This document shows positions 25,505-39,135 of a stretch of 64,000 nucleotides of DNA, one piece after another (positions within the stretch are counted from its first letter, which is position 1; the number at the start of each line of letters is the position of its first letter). The position numbers and the translations under genes are program-made. The stretch is from Lama guanicoe. Taxonomy: Eukaryota. Location of the stretch: the NCBI GenBank assembly GCA_013239625.1, contig MU056050.1, positions 1,350,084-1,414,083 of the forward strand. The letters run 5' to 3'. Below the pieces are notes generated by a model. That model ran no database searches. It had not been told where the DNA came from and worked only from the letters and a program-made list of their open reading frames with translations.

Positions 25505-26865
25505 TACTAGCATCATTCGTTGAAGAGACTATCCTTAAACCTTTGTGTGTTCTTGGTACCCTTGTCAAAGATCAGTAGACTGTCTATGCATGGGCTTATT
25601 TTTGGGTCCTCTATTCTGTTCCATATGTCAATATATCTGTTTTTATGCCAGTACTATACTTTTTTTTTTAATTACTGAACCTTTGTGATATATTTTGAAA
25701 TAAGGAAAAGTAATACCTCCAGCTTTGTTCTTCTTGCTCAGTATTGCTTTAGCTCTTCTGGGTCTTGTGAGGTCCGTATGAATTTTAAGATTGATTTTTT
25801 CTATTTCTATAAAAACAAATACCATTGAGACTTTGATGGGGATGGCATTGAATCTGTAGTTCACTTTGGGTAGTATGGACATTTTAACAATAGTAAATCT
25901 TCCAATCCGTTAACATGGAATGTCTTTCCATTAATTGTGTCTGTTTTAATTTCTTTCATCAGTGTTTTTTAGTTTTCAGTATACAAAACTTTTGCCTCAT
26001 TGATTAATTTATTCCTAAATTATTCTTTTTGATAACATTATAAGTGGGCTTATTTTCTTAATTTCCATTTTGGATGGCTCATTGTTAGTGTATAGAGTCC
26101 AGCTGCTTTTTGTATGTTGATTTTGTATACTGAAAACTTATCAGAATACATTTATTAGTTCTAACAGTTTTTTTGGTGGAGTCTTTATGGTTTTCTACAT
26201 ATAGCATTGTGTCATCAGCAAATAGAGCTAATTTTACTTCTTACTTTCTGATTTGGATTAATTTCATTTCTTTTTTTCTACCTCATTGCTCTTGCTATTA
26301 ATTCTGGTATTATGTTGAATAGAAGTGGCAAGAGTGAGCATCTTTGTCTTCTTCATGATTTTTCTCATGAAAAGGTATTAAAATTTGTCAAATACTTTGT
26401 CTGCATCTATTGAGATGACCATGTGAATGTCAATTCATACATTATTAATGCGGTGTGTAATATTTATTGATTTCATATGTTGAAGCATTCTTGTAACGCA
26501 GAGATAAATTTCACTTCATCATGATGTATGATTCTTTTAATGTGCTGTTGAATTGGGTTTGCTTGTATTTTCTTGAGGATTTTTCAATCTGTGTTCATCA
26601 AGGGTATTGGTTTTTAATTGTCTTTTCTTGTTGTGTCTTTGCCTGGCTTTGGTGTCAAGGTAATGCTGATTTCAAACAATGAGTTTAGGAGTGTTCCCTC
26701 CTTTCATTTTTTGGAAGAGTTTGAGTAGTATTACAGTTAATTCTTCTTTAAATGTTTGGCAGAACTCACCTGTGAAGCCGTCTGGTCCTGGGCTTTCTCT
26801 GTTGGAAGATTCTTGATTACTGACTCAATCTCTTTATTTGTTATTGGTCTGCCCGGTATTTCTAT
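25505..26865 (-). mobile_element. L1 ORF2 fragment (RT to C-terminal region), degenerate
   Basis: ORF 25643-25882(-) [17 protein letters not shown]...[15 protein letters not shown] is L1 ORF2p-like; tctggtcctgggct corresponds to the SPGPDG motif. Confidence 0.9.
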
Positions 26866-26914
26866 TTTGTTTTTTGTTTGTTTCTTCCAGTTTTATTGAA
26901 ATGTAAAAAAAAAC

Positions 26915-29900
26915 AAAGGTCAATAGTTGGAAACTATCAAGTTTGCAGTTTTAATGTCTTCGTCAGTAATATCAGTGTTCCAGTGAACTTTCTGAGTGTC
27001 TTCTTACAGCAACAAGTGTAGAAGTTGTCCATACGTTTGCTGTTGTACTGATTTCTCTGACATTTATATCAAATCATAGAGCTTCAGCTTGCAGGGCTTA
27101 GGGGAAAGGGCAGGTTTAGTTTTTAGTGACTCCATGTCAGAAGAGTTGTAAGAAATTCGAGATATTAGTTTGGAGCATTGTCGCCTGACTTTGGAGGAAT
27201 CTAGAATTCAGGAATCAGTCCAGTTTACATTGACAACAAACCTCGAAGACAATAGGACTAGAATTTGATGCCTATCGGGGTGCACTATAGTTTTCTACTA
27301 AAGTATAATTTTTCTCTTTATATTCACCCCCATTTTTACCAAAGATAATCATTTAGACTAATTTGTTTAATTTGTTTGCAAAGTAAGTCCAGTGACATTA
27401 AACTTGGCCTGATTATTTATATAAGTACAGGAAGAATAATGTTGACCATACAGGTCATTTTTAAGTTGACTTTGCTGGAACATTTAATAAGGAATCTCAG
27501 ATTGGGCTTTTAAAAATCTTTCATGTAAAGCTAAGGACTTGCTATCAGACTTCACCAGCAATAACCTATAGAATTGTATGAATTCTTCCCTGCTCAAGGA
27601 CCCCCAATTATCCTTAGGTTCCTGGGACTGTCAGGAATTAATCTTCTTTAATATACTATAAGGCTGGAACCCTCTAAGCCAGGTAACAAGCCATTTTTTC
27701 CCCAAGAGACTTTATTGGCTCCATGAAGTAAGCCTTAGCTCCTTAAAATACTCTGGTTGTATCTAACTCTATGAACATTCTCAAATATGACATTCCAGTC
27801 AAAGCCTTAATAAAGTGGACAATGTTTCCAATTGTGCCCCTAATGAAGGAGAACAGATTCTTACTGAATTTATGCAAATAGTGACATCTCTATGAAAATA
27901 AGAGTACTAAATAATTAGAGTTTCTGCATTCTGAAGGGGTCCGGTAAGGAGAAAAAAGTTTCAGTTCTGTTTACAAAGATATAATTGACCAAATATCTGT
28001 ATATATTTTTTCTTAAGAAAAAAAGAGAAAAGAGGTTTCTTTAAATTTGGAAAACAAAGCATTAACCAATGATATTTCAAACAAAAAGTCATAAAATTAT
28101 AATCATCCTCAATGATTCATTTAATCCAACTTAATTTTTGTTTTGTTTGATCTTCGGTTAGGCGTTTTATGAATCAGTTACTCCATTAGACTATTGGAAG
28201 TTCTTACTCACTTCAATGGTATTATCTTAAAGTTATCCAAATCCTGTACTTGTCAGTCCTTTCCATCATTCTTTTTGAGGATCAGCACTTTTGTCTCTAT
28301 TTGATGGTAGTAGCTTTCAGGAAAGCATCAGAGTAAAAGAACTGTGGATGACAAAAGACTTCAAAACAGCCATGGATAAAGATCTAGTGAGGGTTAATTA
28401 TAATGTAATTAACAAGGAAATTTGGTTATTTCTGTGACATACACCATTTTAAGATAATATTTGGAATCATGACTGATTATGTAAATAGTAGGGGAAAATT
28501 TCTAGGAATTCCTAGAACATATATTAATACAAGTATAATAGTACAAATATAACCTAAAGAAGGTTTAGCATCACTTCTTATTTGAAAATATTCCTGTGCC
28601 TTTAACATATCAAATAAACTTAATTAGTTTAGCAACTCTCTTTTTATAAGGACAGACAAATCCTTTTGAGATTTTCTAGGGACCCTCTGGAAAATCCCAA
28701 AATTAGTTCAAGGTCAAAAAGATTTCATTTAAAATTTGGTTTTGGGAAATTGTCAGAAATGTCACAAGGTTTAAAACACTTGATTAAATATGACCACAGG
28801 TTACTGTGAAAAAATAATTAGTTATCCATTTAATCAAGGTGACAAAAGATTTCAAAGGCAAATACACAAAGTCACATAGTTGTATAAAAAAAATTCAGCT
28901 TTTTTTAATAGAGAAGACTCAGCTTTTTTTTAACTAATTAAAGACCTGATACAGACAACATGAACAAAATCTTTGTTTCCAAAGTGAATTACTTAACAGA
29001 TAAAAATCTTGTATAATAATCCAAGAAAATTGTCATTTTAACAAAGAGAACACCAAATTCTATTTTTACATCAGTATTCCTTTGACATTAAGGCTCATTT
29101 TTGAAACCTTTGTAATAAATTTACTCACTTTTAGCCAATTTGACCACACAAGATATTCTCTCTCCCCTTCTGTCTCTCCCTCTCTCTCCTCCTAGGTTTG
29201 TTCTTCTTTTGTCCTCTCCTCACCTCTTTTTCTCTCCCTCTCATCCAACTTTCTGTGTTCTCCTCTTTCTCATTCTGGAACAATCAGTTTTTCTGCTATA
29301 GGAAAGATAACTCTTTTCCTTAATAAAAATACATCTTTTATTTCATATAGCTTAACAAAAACACACCTTTCATACTTTAAAGCTTCCCTTACCAAAAACA
29401 TATTTTCCTTGAATATATTTTATATAGAGTTGTGTCCCTTATTATTTACAGTAATTTTAATTACATATATTAATTAGAATTCTTAACCCTTAGCAACTTT
29501 AATTTCTACTGAAAACTAGAAAGTAAGCAATGATGAACTGTCACATCAGCATTCTGTAGATTAGCAAACATATGCTTACATAATTTTATAATTTCTAGAA
29601 GTATATACTTCTGCATAGTAGAAAAATCAGTGTGGCGCAGGCCATGCTTACTTAGTATACCCAAATGGCTACTAATATTCCCAAGTATCTTTCATTTTCC
29701 TTTAAAATTTAAGAAGCCAAAAGTAGATAAACATAAACATATTCAGCAATTAATATTTCAGTACTTTATTTTATTTGAAAATGATCTAATAGCTAGTGAA
29801 TATTTATGCTTGACTTTGTAAACTCCGACGGTGTAAGTTACCAAAGATATTGGAAATTATTTTTAAGTACACATATTGTAAAGCATTTATAAAGCATAGT

Positions 29901-31210
29901 TGTTGAAAAGTTCATTTGTAAATTTTTATCCCATTTACATCTATTTAATTCAGTTGTTTTTTAACAATTTTGCTTGGATTAGTCATGAAAGTTTCATGAA
30001 ACTTTAAACAGCTAGCCATCATCTTAAGCTATCTGCCTTGGTGGCAGATTTTATAACATAGAGATAACATGAGCTCATTTGTCTAGTAAACTTAGGTAAA
30101 TTAAAAGTTACATGTCTTCATTATGTTTAATGCTAACAAATCGGAAGGTATACTCATTTCTTTCTAAACTAACAATAGTGTTATTTGCCAAAGATTACCA
30201 AAGCCGTGTGAACTTGAAAAGCATTTGGGTTAGTACCTACCTTTCTGAGAAAATACCATATTTATTTAAGTGCTTATTTTTCTTTAAGGTAATTAAATAC
30301 AGCTCTTACAGATTGATTTTGGCAATGCCATCATAGGGTAGAAAAATATCACATATGCATAACATATACACATATGCATATGCAAATCTACAGATAAACA
30401 CAAACAGAGGTCTTATATCTTTCATTTAAAAATGTTAGCCATGTGTCAGGTATAATAATACAAAACTCACTAGTTTATAAAAGAATAGCCGGGATACAAA
30501 TTGTGTTTCTGGCAGATGGAATAAGTTACGCTTATCCACTAAAATGGCTAAAGCTCCTTACTAATATTTGTGGAGAAGACTTTTAAGATTTTTTATTTGC
30601 CCAGTTTGTTTCTAAATAGCTCCCTTTTCCCCCCTTCTGGTGAGTCATCTTCCTGAAGTTTGCATTTCAAAGAGATGGCTCTTGGGTCCCAGAGAAGACA
30701 GGGGAGAAAATTTACATCTCAAAGACAAGGAAAAAGGATGCAATTTTTCTCCAAGAAGGAGTTTTGGGGCATATTTGCTTATTATCAGAAATCTAGAGTA
30801 ATTAAGTTTATCCCTATTTGCTTTAAGTTCATGACAGTTTTTGTTTTTAATGTGCTGATCTTATACAATATCTGTAAGTATTGTAAGATTAATAGGGGAG
30901 ATTTGAGGATGGGTAAGACAGACAGGTAGGCTATGACTTGTTTCTGGAGCTGCATTTCTGTTCTTGTAAAGACTCTATAAACAAGGAAAGTTGTTTTTAA
31001 TCCCTCAAAGAATTGGATCTATAGCCAGAATATTATCAAAGGGCTAACCCACCCATCCAACTACATTATCTTCAGTTTGCTTCTTTATATCAGGGAGAAG
31101 ATTTCCAACTAAGATGGACATCAAAAGATCCCTGTGCTCTAGATTTAGAGCTGTGTATCTTGCCTGTTAATGTTTTAATAAACTGTTCCACAGAGGACTG
31201 AAGATGTTTC
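26915..31210 (-). mobile_element. ERV1 (MER4-group-like) non-autonomous internal region, no LTRs seen
   Basis: Motifs such as aaacttggcctgattatttatataag, aggaatctcagattgggcttttaaaa, gacattccagtcaaagcctt and ggagaacagattcttactgaa recall MER4-group internal consensus. No gag/pol ORF. Confidence 0.65.
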
Positions 31211-31364
31211 TTTCCCTTTGAGTACATAGTTCCTTAGTTTATGAGAGAATACCTTTCAAAAAAAATAGTTCCAGAATGATATCAACAAGAGGATGGAGTA
31301 GGAGATCTTAGCACTCATTCCTTGACAAAACAAACAAAAAAACAAAACTGGACAGCTATCCACT

Positions 31365-31570
31365 GGGCTATGTAGTCAGAAAACTGTAGGTTTGAATCAA
31401 GCTCTGCAATTCACTAACTGTATAACTTGGGGTAAATCACTGATTCATTGTGAGCATCAAATTCAGTATTTTAAAAGGGACATGATGATACCTGTCTTGT
31501 AGGATCACTTCAAGGATTAAATACGATTATTTATGTAATGTTTCTAGTAAATGCTTCAATATTATAAATA
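31365..31570 (+). mobile_element. MIR SINE
   Basis: ggtttgaatcaagctctgc...taactgtataacttggggtaaatcact...aaggattaaat. Confidence 0.75.
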
Positions 31571-32774
31571 ATGAGTATGCTTGTTTTTATTGTTTGTTCT
31601 AGACTCTAAGAGTCTACGTTGAGAACAGTGTCAACTTTTGAAAAGAATTTCTCCCATATCACCTAGTACGGGTTTGCCTAGTTGACAGGGTTTACATATA
31701 GTGTGCCAAATGACTGAATCAGTCCCCTAATAAATGTCCTTACCCTGTAACTTTTGGTTAAGCACTTCTATAATATTTGGATGAGATTTAGAATACAGTC
31801 ATAGCCTCTGACTCAAATAACAGTTACAAATGAAGGACTCCGTGAGTCTAACATTTACCTACAGGATTTGACTCTTTTCAACAATATGGTGGCAAGTAGT
31901 TCCAGGGGAACTCAAAGGACTTACTTCCGTGAGCTCATTATTTGTGAGACTATGAATTGCAAGTGAATGAGGTCCATCAAGATGAGGAAAAAATTTTACT
32001 TCCCCTTTTAAATACTAGTCCTTTCTCTGCTTCAGCTGTAGATACTGAAGTACTTTTAATTTTGAAGAAGAAAAGTCATGGAGCATGTCCATACTCTCAG
32101 GCACTGTCAGCAGATGGCCAGAGCACGTGCTGTGATTCCCTAGGCTGGCAGTTTACACTTTGCGACCCTGCCAGAGAGCAACCGTGCAATGATTAATATT
32201 CAACCATCAAAGGTATTTCTCAGTTTCTGTTGTGAAACTCAGTAGCTGCCAAGATTCCTCTTTTAATGCCTCTGACTCATTTCCATCTTTCCTGATATCT
32301 GACCACACCTGAGCTTTTAAGCCTACTTGGCACAAAATGAGTGTTACCAACTTGACAAAACTTTTATTCTGGCTTTGTTACTAGGGCCCTTTAGGCTGTG
32401 AAGCACTCTTTAAAGCGTGGATTTGTCTGTCACAGATGTAGACACTTGACTTGTTTACAAAAAGGGATCTGTGTAAGCTTGCCAAGGAGCACATGAGCTT
32501 GTCTTTGTATGAGCAGTGTCATCATTGTCCTTGAGGGAAAACACCTGCTGTGGTGCCATCACCAATTAGCTCTTCTCTTTCCCCCCCCTCCCTCTCCCTG
32601 TGGGAGGCTTACTTTTTAGTTCCTTGTGTTCTGAAGTTTCACAAGATTGTTTTCTATGGGTAATTATGTGAATAAAATAATACGTGGCCTTTCTAAAATA
32701 ACTGTGGCTCCTTGGTTACAGAGAATATGTGGTTTTCTATGGCACACTCTATGCAACCAAAAGGATATGGTTTT

Positions 32775-32910
32775 ATTTATTTTTTAAAACAGTTTTTTGG
32801 TGAGAGAGGTAATTAGGTTTATTTCTTTTTAATGGAAGTGTTGAGGATTGAACCCAGGATGTCATGCATGCTAAGCACAGATTCCACCACTGAGGTATAT
32901 CCTTCCTTCC
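32775..32910 (-). mobile_element. Camelid tRNA-derived SINE (vic-1 type), long-tail form
   Basis: Minus strand reads tatacctcagtggtggaatctgtgcttagcatgcatgacatcctgggttcaatcc (A and B boxes), then aaataaacctaattacctc and an A-rich tail. TSD aaggat(a/g)tggtttt at 32761-32774 and 32911-32924. Confidence 0.85.
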
Positions 32911-33137
32911 AAGGATGTGGTTTTTAAAGAAGTTTGACGATGGTTTTTACACCTGTTAAAATAGCAAAGCTATGTGACTCATTAGATAATTTTTCACTGA
33001 ATATTGAAATTTACCACTCCCCATCTTTAATCTAGTGAAAAACAATTGATTTGAAAATGTCAATAGTTTGCTTCCTCAAAGCAGGCCTTGGAAGGTATCA
33101 TGATCTTTTCCTGACACAGAGTTCCCAAGGCCTAATA

Positions 33138-33480
33138 GGTGGTTTGCAGACTGGCCACAGCAAGAGCAAACAAAACAGCTGGTTACAGATGTATTTTGCT
33201 TGGTCCACACTGTGTCAGTCTATGCATTGTTTTCATTTTTATTTAGTTATACACATTTAAGATCAGGAAATGTCACAGAACAATCCATATAAACTGCTTT
33301 TTTTGAACAAGAAAAATCTAAGATCTGGGACATCAGGCCTGCATGCATGCATAACAACATTTGGGTTGGACTGAATCATAGCCTTTAAGAGGTGTGCACT
33401 CTGCACTCTTCCACTATCTTCATCACTTCCTGTTCTCTCTCCAACCATAATGCATAGTGTTGATTACCATTTATCATATT
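33138..33480 (+). mobile_element. MER102-like hAT-Charlie element
   Basis: tttgcagactggcc...acagatgtattttgcttggtccacactgtg...aagatctgggacatcaggcctgcat...ccatttatcat. Confidence 0.65.
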
Positions 33481-33619
33481 AAATATGGTCTTTAAATGTG
33501 TAACTTTTGGTATGTGTTGTGGTGCCCTTTTATGTATTCTGTATCCAAGTTTCAAACAATAAATTTATAGTTTTGTGGGTCTTTGGATGGAGGAAATATA
33601 TGGCATCAGTATAGCCAGA

Positions 33620-34094
33620 TGTATTAGTTTCCTATTACTGCTATGAGAAATTAGTACAAATTTAATGATTTAAAAACAACTCACATTTATTCGCTTACAG
33701 TTTTGGAAGTCAGATATCTTACATGAATCTTACAGGTAAAAACCAAGGTATAGACAAGGCTGTTTCATTCTCCAAACCAAACCCATAGCCTTCAAGGCTC
33801 TGAAGGGAAAACTTCTTTCTTTGCCTTTTGCATCTTCTACAGGGTGTTCCTTGACTTACGGTATATCCCTCATGTCACTCCAATCTCTAGTTTCTGTTGT
33901 CACATCTTCTACTCTGACTTTAATCCTCCTACCTCCCTTGAGACCATCGGGATAATACAGGATAACCTTCCCATATCAAGGTACTTAATTTACCCACCTC
34001 TGTAAAGTTTCTTTTGCCATGTAAGGTGACTTATTCACAGGTTTGGAGATTAGGATGTGGACATCTTTGGGGAGCCATCATTCAGCCAACTACA
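33620..34094 (-). mobile_element. MLT1 (C/D-like) solo LTR
   Basis: tgtattagtttcctattactgct...gattaggatgtggacatctttggggagccatcattcagccaactaca. Confidence 0.85.
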
Positions 34095-34344
34095 CTGTGT
34101 CATCACTCAGGCCAACCATTCATGAAGATAGTTATTAGTAGGAGATGTTTACTTCAGCAACGACTTTCCAACTGAAAAAGAAGTCCCTAATGAAGAAACA
34201 GCACAGAATTCAGGAAGGGAGAGACAGCTATCTGTAGACATCCGCCAAAAATTATAGAAGCTAATTGTGTTTAGAGAATTTGCATCTTAAAAATGGTTCA
34301 AAATGATACATTTATCAGAATGTTTACTACAATTTTTTTTTACA

Positions 34345-34410
34345 ATATCAAAAATACAGTATCTACAAAGTGCAATAAAGCAAAGTGCAATAAAAAGAGG
34401 TGTGTCTGTG
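34345..34410. mobile_element. Tigger1 terminal fragment
   Basis: acagtatctacaaagtgcaataaagcaaagtgcaataaaaagaggtgtgtctg. Confidence 0.65.
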
Positions 34411-34599
34411 TCGGGGTGAGGTACCAAGCCTGCCACCACTTGTTACTAAATGCAACTAGCTTCTCAATCATACGGAGCCTTCCTGCAGAAGACTGAATAC
34501 TTGTTTCTTAGGAAACTCCATCTTGGGGAGAAAGTGGGAAGAATTTATATGCCAGCTCCTACCTCCTATTGGTGAAACTTTCACCTCTGATTTTCTTTA

Positions 34600-36625
34600 G
34601 TAGTATATTTATGTTCCTTTCAATTTTTTTTGTGTGTCTATTGTAGATTTTTGATTTGTGGCTATATCTACTTGTTTTAAACTGGTTATCATTTAAGTTC
34701 AAACACATTCTAAAGGGCTACATTTTTTACTTCCCTCTCCATATTTAGTGTTTTTGATGTCATATTTTATATCTTCATGCTTATCCTTTATCTATTTGTT
34801 GTAGTTAGAGTTACTTACATATTTTTTAATCTATATACTGGCTTATTTAAGTGATTAAACTATAGTCCTTTCTCTATATTTGCCTTTCCTAGTAAGATTC
34901 TCCCTTCCCTATAGATTCTTAGTTCTCATCCACTTAGAGAAGTCCCTTCAACATTTCTTTTAGGGTAGGTTTAGTATTGATGAATTCCTATAGTATTTGC
35001 TTGTTTGAGAAGTTTTTGTCTCTCCTATGCTAAATGATAATTGTGCCAAGTACTTAGGTTGCAGGCTTTTCCCTTTCAGTGCTTTGAATATATTGTGCCA
35101 CTCTCATTTGGCCTGCAAAGTTTCTGCAGAGAAACCAGCTGATAGCCTTATGGAGATTCCCTTGCATATGACTCCTGGTTTTTCTCTTGCTGTCTTTGGA
35201 ATCCTTTCTTTAAATTTTTCCTTTCAATTATAATATGTCTTGATGTGAGTCTCTTTGGGATCATCTTATTTGGGACTCTCTGTGCTTTCTGTAACTGAAT
35301 ATGTTTCCCTCTTTAGGTCTGGGGAATTTTCAGCCATGATTCTTTCAAACATTTTCAATGTCCCTCTCTCTTCTCCTTCTGGAAGTCCTGTAATGCAAAT
35401 GTTGGAACACTTAATGTTATATCATAGATCTCTCAAATTGCTCTCATTTTTTAAATTTGTTTTTCTTTTTCCCGTTCTGGTTGGGTGGTTTCTATTATCC
35501 TATCTTCCAGATCGCTTATGTGTTCTTCTGTATCACTTAATCTGCTATTCATTCATTCTAGTGTGCTTTTTATTTCAGCTATTGCATTTTCACCTCTGTT
35601 TTGGTTTTTGTAATAAGATCTTTGTTAAAATGTTCACTGTTCATATCAATTCTGTGTCCTAAATCAGTAAACATTTTTATTACCAATGTTTTAAATTCCT
35701 TGTCTGGACAACTGTTTATTTCTGTTTCTTTTTTTTTCGTCGTCTTCTTCTTTTTTTTTTTTTTCCCAGAGGATTTCCCTTGCTCTTTCAATTAGGACTA
35801 ATTCCTCTGCCTTTTCATTTTGCTTAACTTTCTCTACCTCACTTCTCCCTGTGTCCACCACCCTCACCTTTTTGTGAAACTGTTCTGCAGGCCAGGCAGG
35901 GGCCCTTCTGGTTTCTCTCCATGTATCAGGGTGTGAGCTGTGGTGGATTGGCCATCGTCAGAGATCTGGGCAGCTTCTGAATTCCTGCTTAATTATACAC
36001 CAACAATGGCCCCTGCTGCCCCACGTGGGCTTCCCTCTGGGACGGGTCACCTTTGCATTCCCAGGTTGTGGCTGCCCCAGATCCAGTGCTGCCCAATGGT
36101 GTGGAGTGAGCAGGGGCCAGAGCATTTGCTCCGCTTGGGCTGGGCCATGCAGTGAGCCAGTCACCAGGTGCCTGGCAGCTGCTAGAACAGACCTCTCTCT
36201 GCCCTGCCTCATGAGCTAGTCAGGCCATGTGGGCTCCTCAGGAGCAGAGTCCTGGCTTCCTCAGCCCTTCTGTTAGTCCCAGTGGTCCTCCAACCAGCCA
36301 TAGGGCTTATGTGCTCTATGTAGGAGCCCAGGACAGGGATGCCCAGTCTGTAGCTTGACCCACTCACTCCCGAAGGTGGGTGTCCCCTTGCATACTCTCC
36401 CTTTTCCTCTGCGTCCCCTCCCAGGAGCACAGGTCCCAATCCAATCACTTTTCTTCCCTTCTTCCCTGAATCTGCATGGATCTTTCATACAGCCTTGGTT
36501 GTATAGGGGTCTTTAAGCCAGTTTCCAGTTATTTTTTAGTGAAATATATTTCCACTCTTAGATGTATTTCTGATGTTTTTGTGGGAGGAGATGAGCTTCA
36601 TGTATTCTTACTCCACCATTTCAGT
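34600..36625 (-). mobile_element. L1 5' UTR plus ORF1 (5'-only fragment)
   Basis: ORF1p-like DKEFKTLVIKMFTDLGHRID in ORF 35579-35791(-); GC-richer 5' UTR at 35880-36620; collinear with 60250-62525. Confidence 0.9.
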
Positions 36626-36789
36626 CCACCAGCCCTCTATAGTCATTTTTTAAAACAATAAATGGAACTAACTCTATACTTGACAAAGGTGAAAAAACAA
36701 TCTACGAATTGGAAACTGGTACTGGGGAATTAGAACACATGGCAGAGAAAAAAAATGAAAATATGAAAGAGAAGATCACTTTGAAAAAA

Positions 36790-36993
36790 TCATGAGCTTG
36801 TACACAATTTTTAAAAAATCGACAAAAAACTGGAAGTAATTACTAATTATAGCAAGGTTGTAGGATGTAAGGTTAATAATCCAAAGTCAGTAGTGTTCCT
36901 ATATTTCAGAAATGAAAAATGGAATTTAAAATTAAAAACACAATACCATTTACATTAGTACCCCCAAAATGAAACACTTATTCATTAATCTAA

Positions 36994-37034
<41 letters not shown>

Positions 37035-38640
37035 GAGGAAAACTTCTAATTTCTGGTTTCCAAAATCAGAGAACTAAAATAATGAAGAGACACTGCATTT
37101 TCATGGGTAAGAAGATTCAATATAGTCAAGATGTCAGAATAGTCAACATAATATTGAAGGAGAATAACAAAGGTGGAAAACTGACACTACCTGACCTCAA
37201 GTCTTCCTATAAAGATACAGTAATCAAGACAGTGTGATAGTGAAATAATAGACAGGTAATTCAATGAAAACTAATAGAGAGCCCAGACATGGACACGTGT
37301 ATTTATGCTCAACTGCTCTTTGACAAAGGAACAATGGCAATACAATGGAGTGAAGATATATTTTCAACAAATAGTGCTAGAACAACTATACATCTACATG
37401 TAAGAAAAAAGAATCCAGACACAGACCTTACACCTTTCACAAAAATTAAGTCAAAGTAGATCAAATACCTAGGTTTAAAACAAAAAAATATAAAACTCCT
37501 TAAAAAAATAAGACAAAACCTATATGGGTATGGTGATAACTTTTATAGGTACAACACTAAAGGCAAGATGATACAAATGATTAATAAGCTGGACATCATT
37601 AAAATTGAAAACTTCTGCTCTCTGAAAGAAAGCCAAAAGAATGAGAAAATAAGCCACAGACTGGGAGAAAATAATTGCAAATCATGCATCTGATAAGGGA
37701 CTGTTATTTAAAATATATAAAGAACTCTAAAACTCAACAATAAGAAAATAAAAACCCATTTTCAATAGGGGCCAAAGATCTTAACAGACACCTCATCAGA
37801 GAAGATATACAGATGGCAAATAAGTATATGAAGAGATGCTCCACATCATAGGTCATCAGAGAAATATGAATTAAAACAACAATTAGTTACCAGTACACAC
37901 TTATTAGAATAGCCAAACTCCAGAACGTTGACAGCACCAAATGCTGACAAGGACATAGGCTAATTGGAACTCTCATTCGTTGCTTGTGGGAGTGCAAAAT
38001 GGTAGAGTCACTTTGAAGACAGTTTGTTGGTTTCTTACAAAACTAAACATACTTTTACTATAAAATCCAATAATCATGTTCATTGGTATTTACCGAGATG
38101 AATTGAAAACATATGTCCACACAAAAACCTGCACATGGATGTGTACAGCAGCTTTATTGATAATTGCCAAAACATGAAAACAACCCAAGATGTCCTTGAG
38201 TAGGTGAATGAATAAACTCTTGTACATCCAGACTATGGATTATTATTCAGTACTAAAAAGAAATGAGCTATTAACCCATGAAAAGATGTGAGGGAAGGTT
38301 TATTGCCTATTACTACATGAAACAAACAAATCTGAACAGTCTATGTACTGTATGATTCCAACTATATAATGTTCTAGAAAGTTATGGAGACAGAATAAAG
38401 GTCCATTGTTGTCATAGGTTAGGGGTTTGTGAGGGATAAATAGGTAGAGCACAAAGGATTCTTAGGGCAGTGAAACTACTCTGTATGGTACTATAATGGG
38501 GGATACATGCCATTATATGTTTATCTAACCCATAGAATGTGCAACACTAAGAGTGAGCCCTAAGGTAAAACATAGACTTTTGGTGATTATCATGCTTCAG
38601 TGTAGGTCTATCAGTTGTAACAAATATACCACTCTGTGAG
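36790..38640 (+). mobile_element. L1MC1/2-like ORF2 3' half and 3' UTR
   Basis: ORF2 motifs (aaagatacagtaatcaagacagtgtg, ccacagactgggagaaaata) and 3' UTR ttagggcagtgaaactactctgtatg...aacccatagaatgtgcaacactaagagtga. Confidence 0.85.
36998..37025. repeat. (AT)n microsatellite
   Basis: Read directly from the sequence. Confidence 0.9.
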
Positions 38641-38799
38641 ACCTGGGGGACACCATCAAGCTTACTAATCTTCAAATTATGGGGGTCCAAGGAGGAGTAA
38701 CGAGAGAGCAAGGGGCAAAAAGAAATTTTGAAGAAATAATCTTTTCAAAGTTTGATAAATTTGATAAAATACATAAATCTACAAATTTGGTAAAATGTG

Positions 38800-39006
38800 T
38801 GCATTTACACATCCTAACCCTAATCCTAACCCTTGTTTCTCTTTCTTTTCTTATAAAGACATCAACTTGGATTAAGGCCCCACCCTTATGATCTCATTTA
38901 ACCTTGATTTCCTCTTTAAAGTCTCTGTGCCCAAATATAGTAATGTGGGGTGGGAATACGGGCTTAAACAAATGAATTTGGGGGGAACACAATTGAGTCT
39001 ATAATA
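38800..39006 (-). mobile_element. MLT1B-like LTR fragment
   Basis: cttataaagacatc...ggattaaggccccacccttatgatctcatttaacc...gggggaacacaattgagtctataata. Confidence 0.75.
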
Positions 39007-39135
39007 CTCATGTAATCCAGGAGCACAATTACAAAGTATTAGACTGTCATATCTGGTCTATTCTTTTATCACATTTGTCATTTTTGTTTCTCTTGAATAA
39101 CTCTATTAGTCAAAGTTCCAGGAAATATTTAATTA

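Noticed and set aside
35027..36661. Dense overlapping ORFs here and at 60671-62675
   Set aside because: They reflect L1 ORF1 and the GC-richer 5' UTR, where stops are rarer; the L1 frames are broken.
38813..38833. Interstitial telomeric repeat (cctaaccctaatcctaaccct)
   Set aside because: Only about three imperfect units at an LTR fragment; most simply local slippage.
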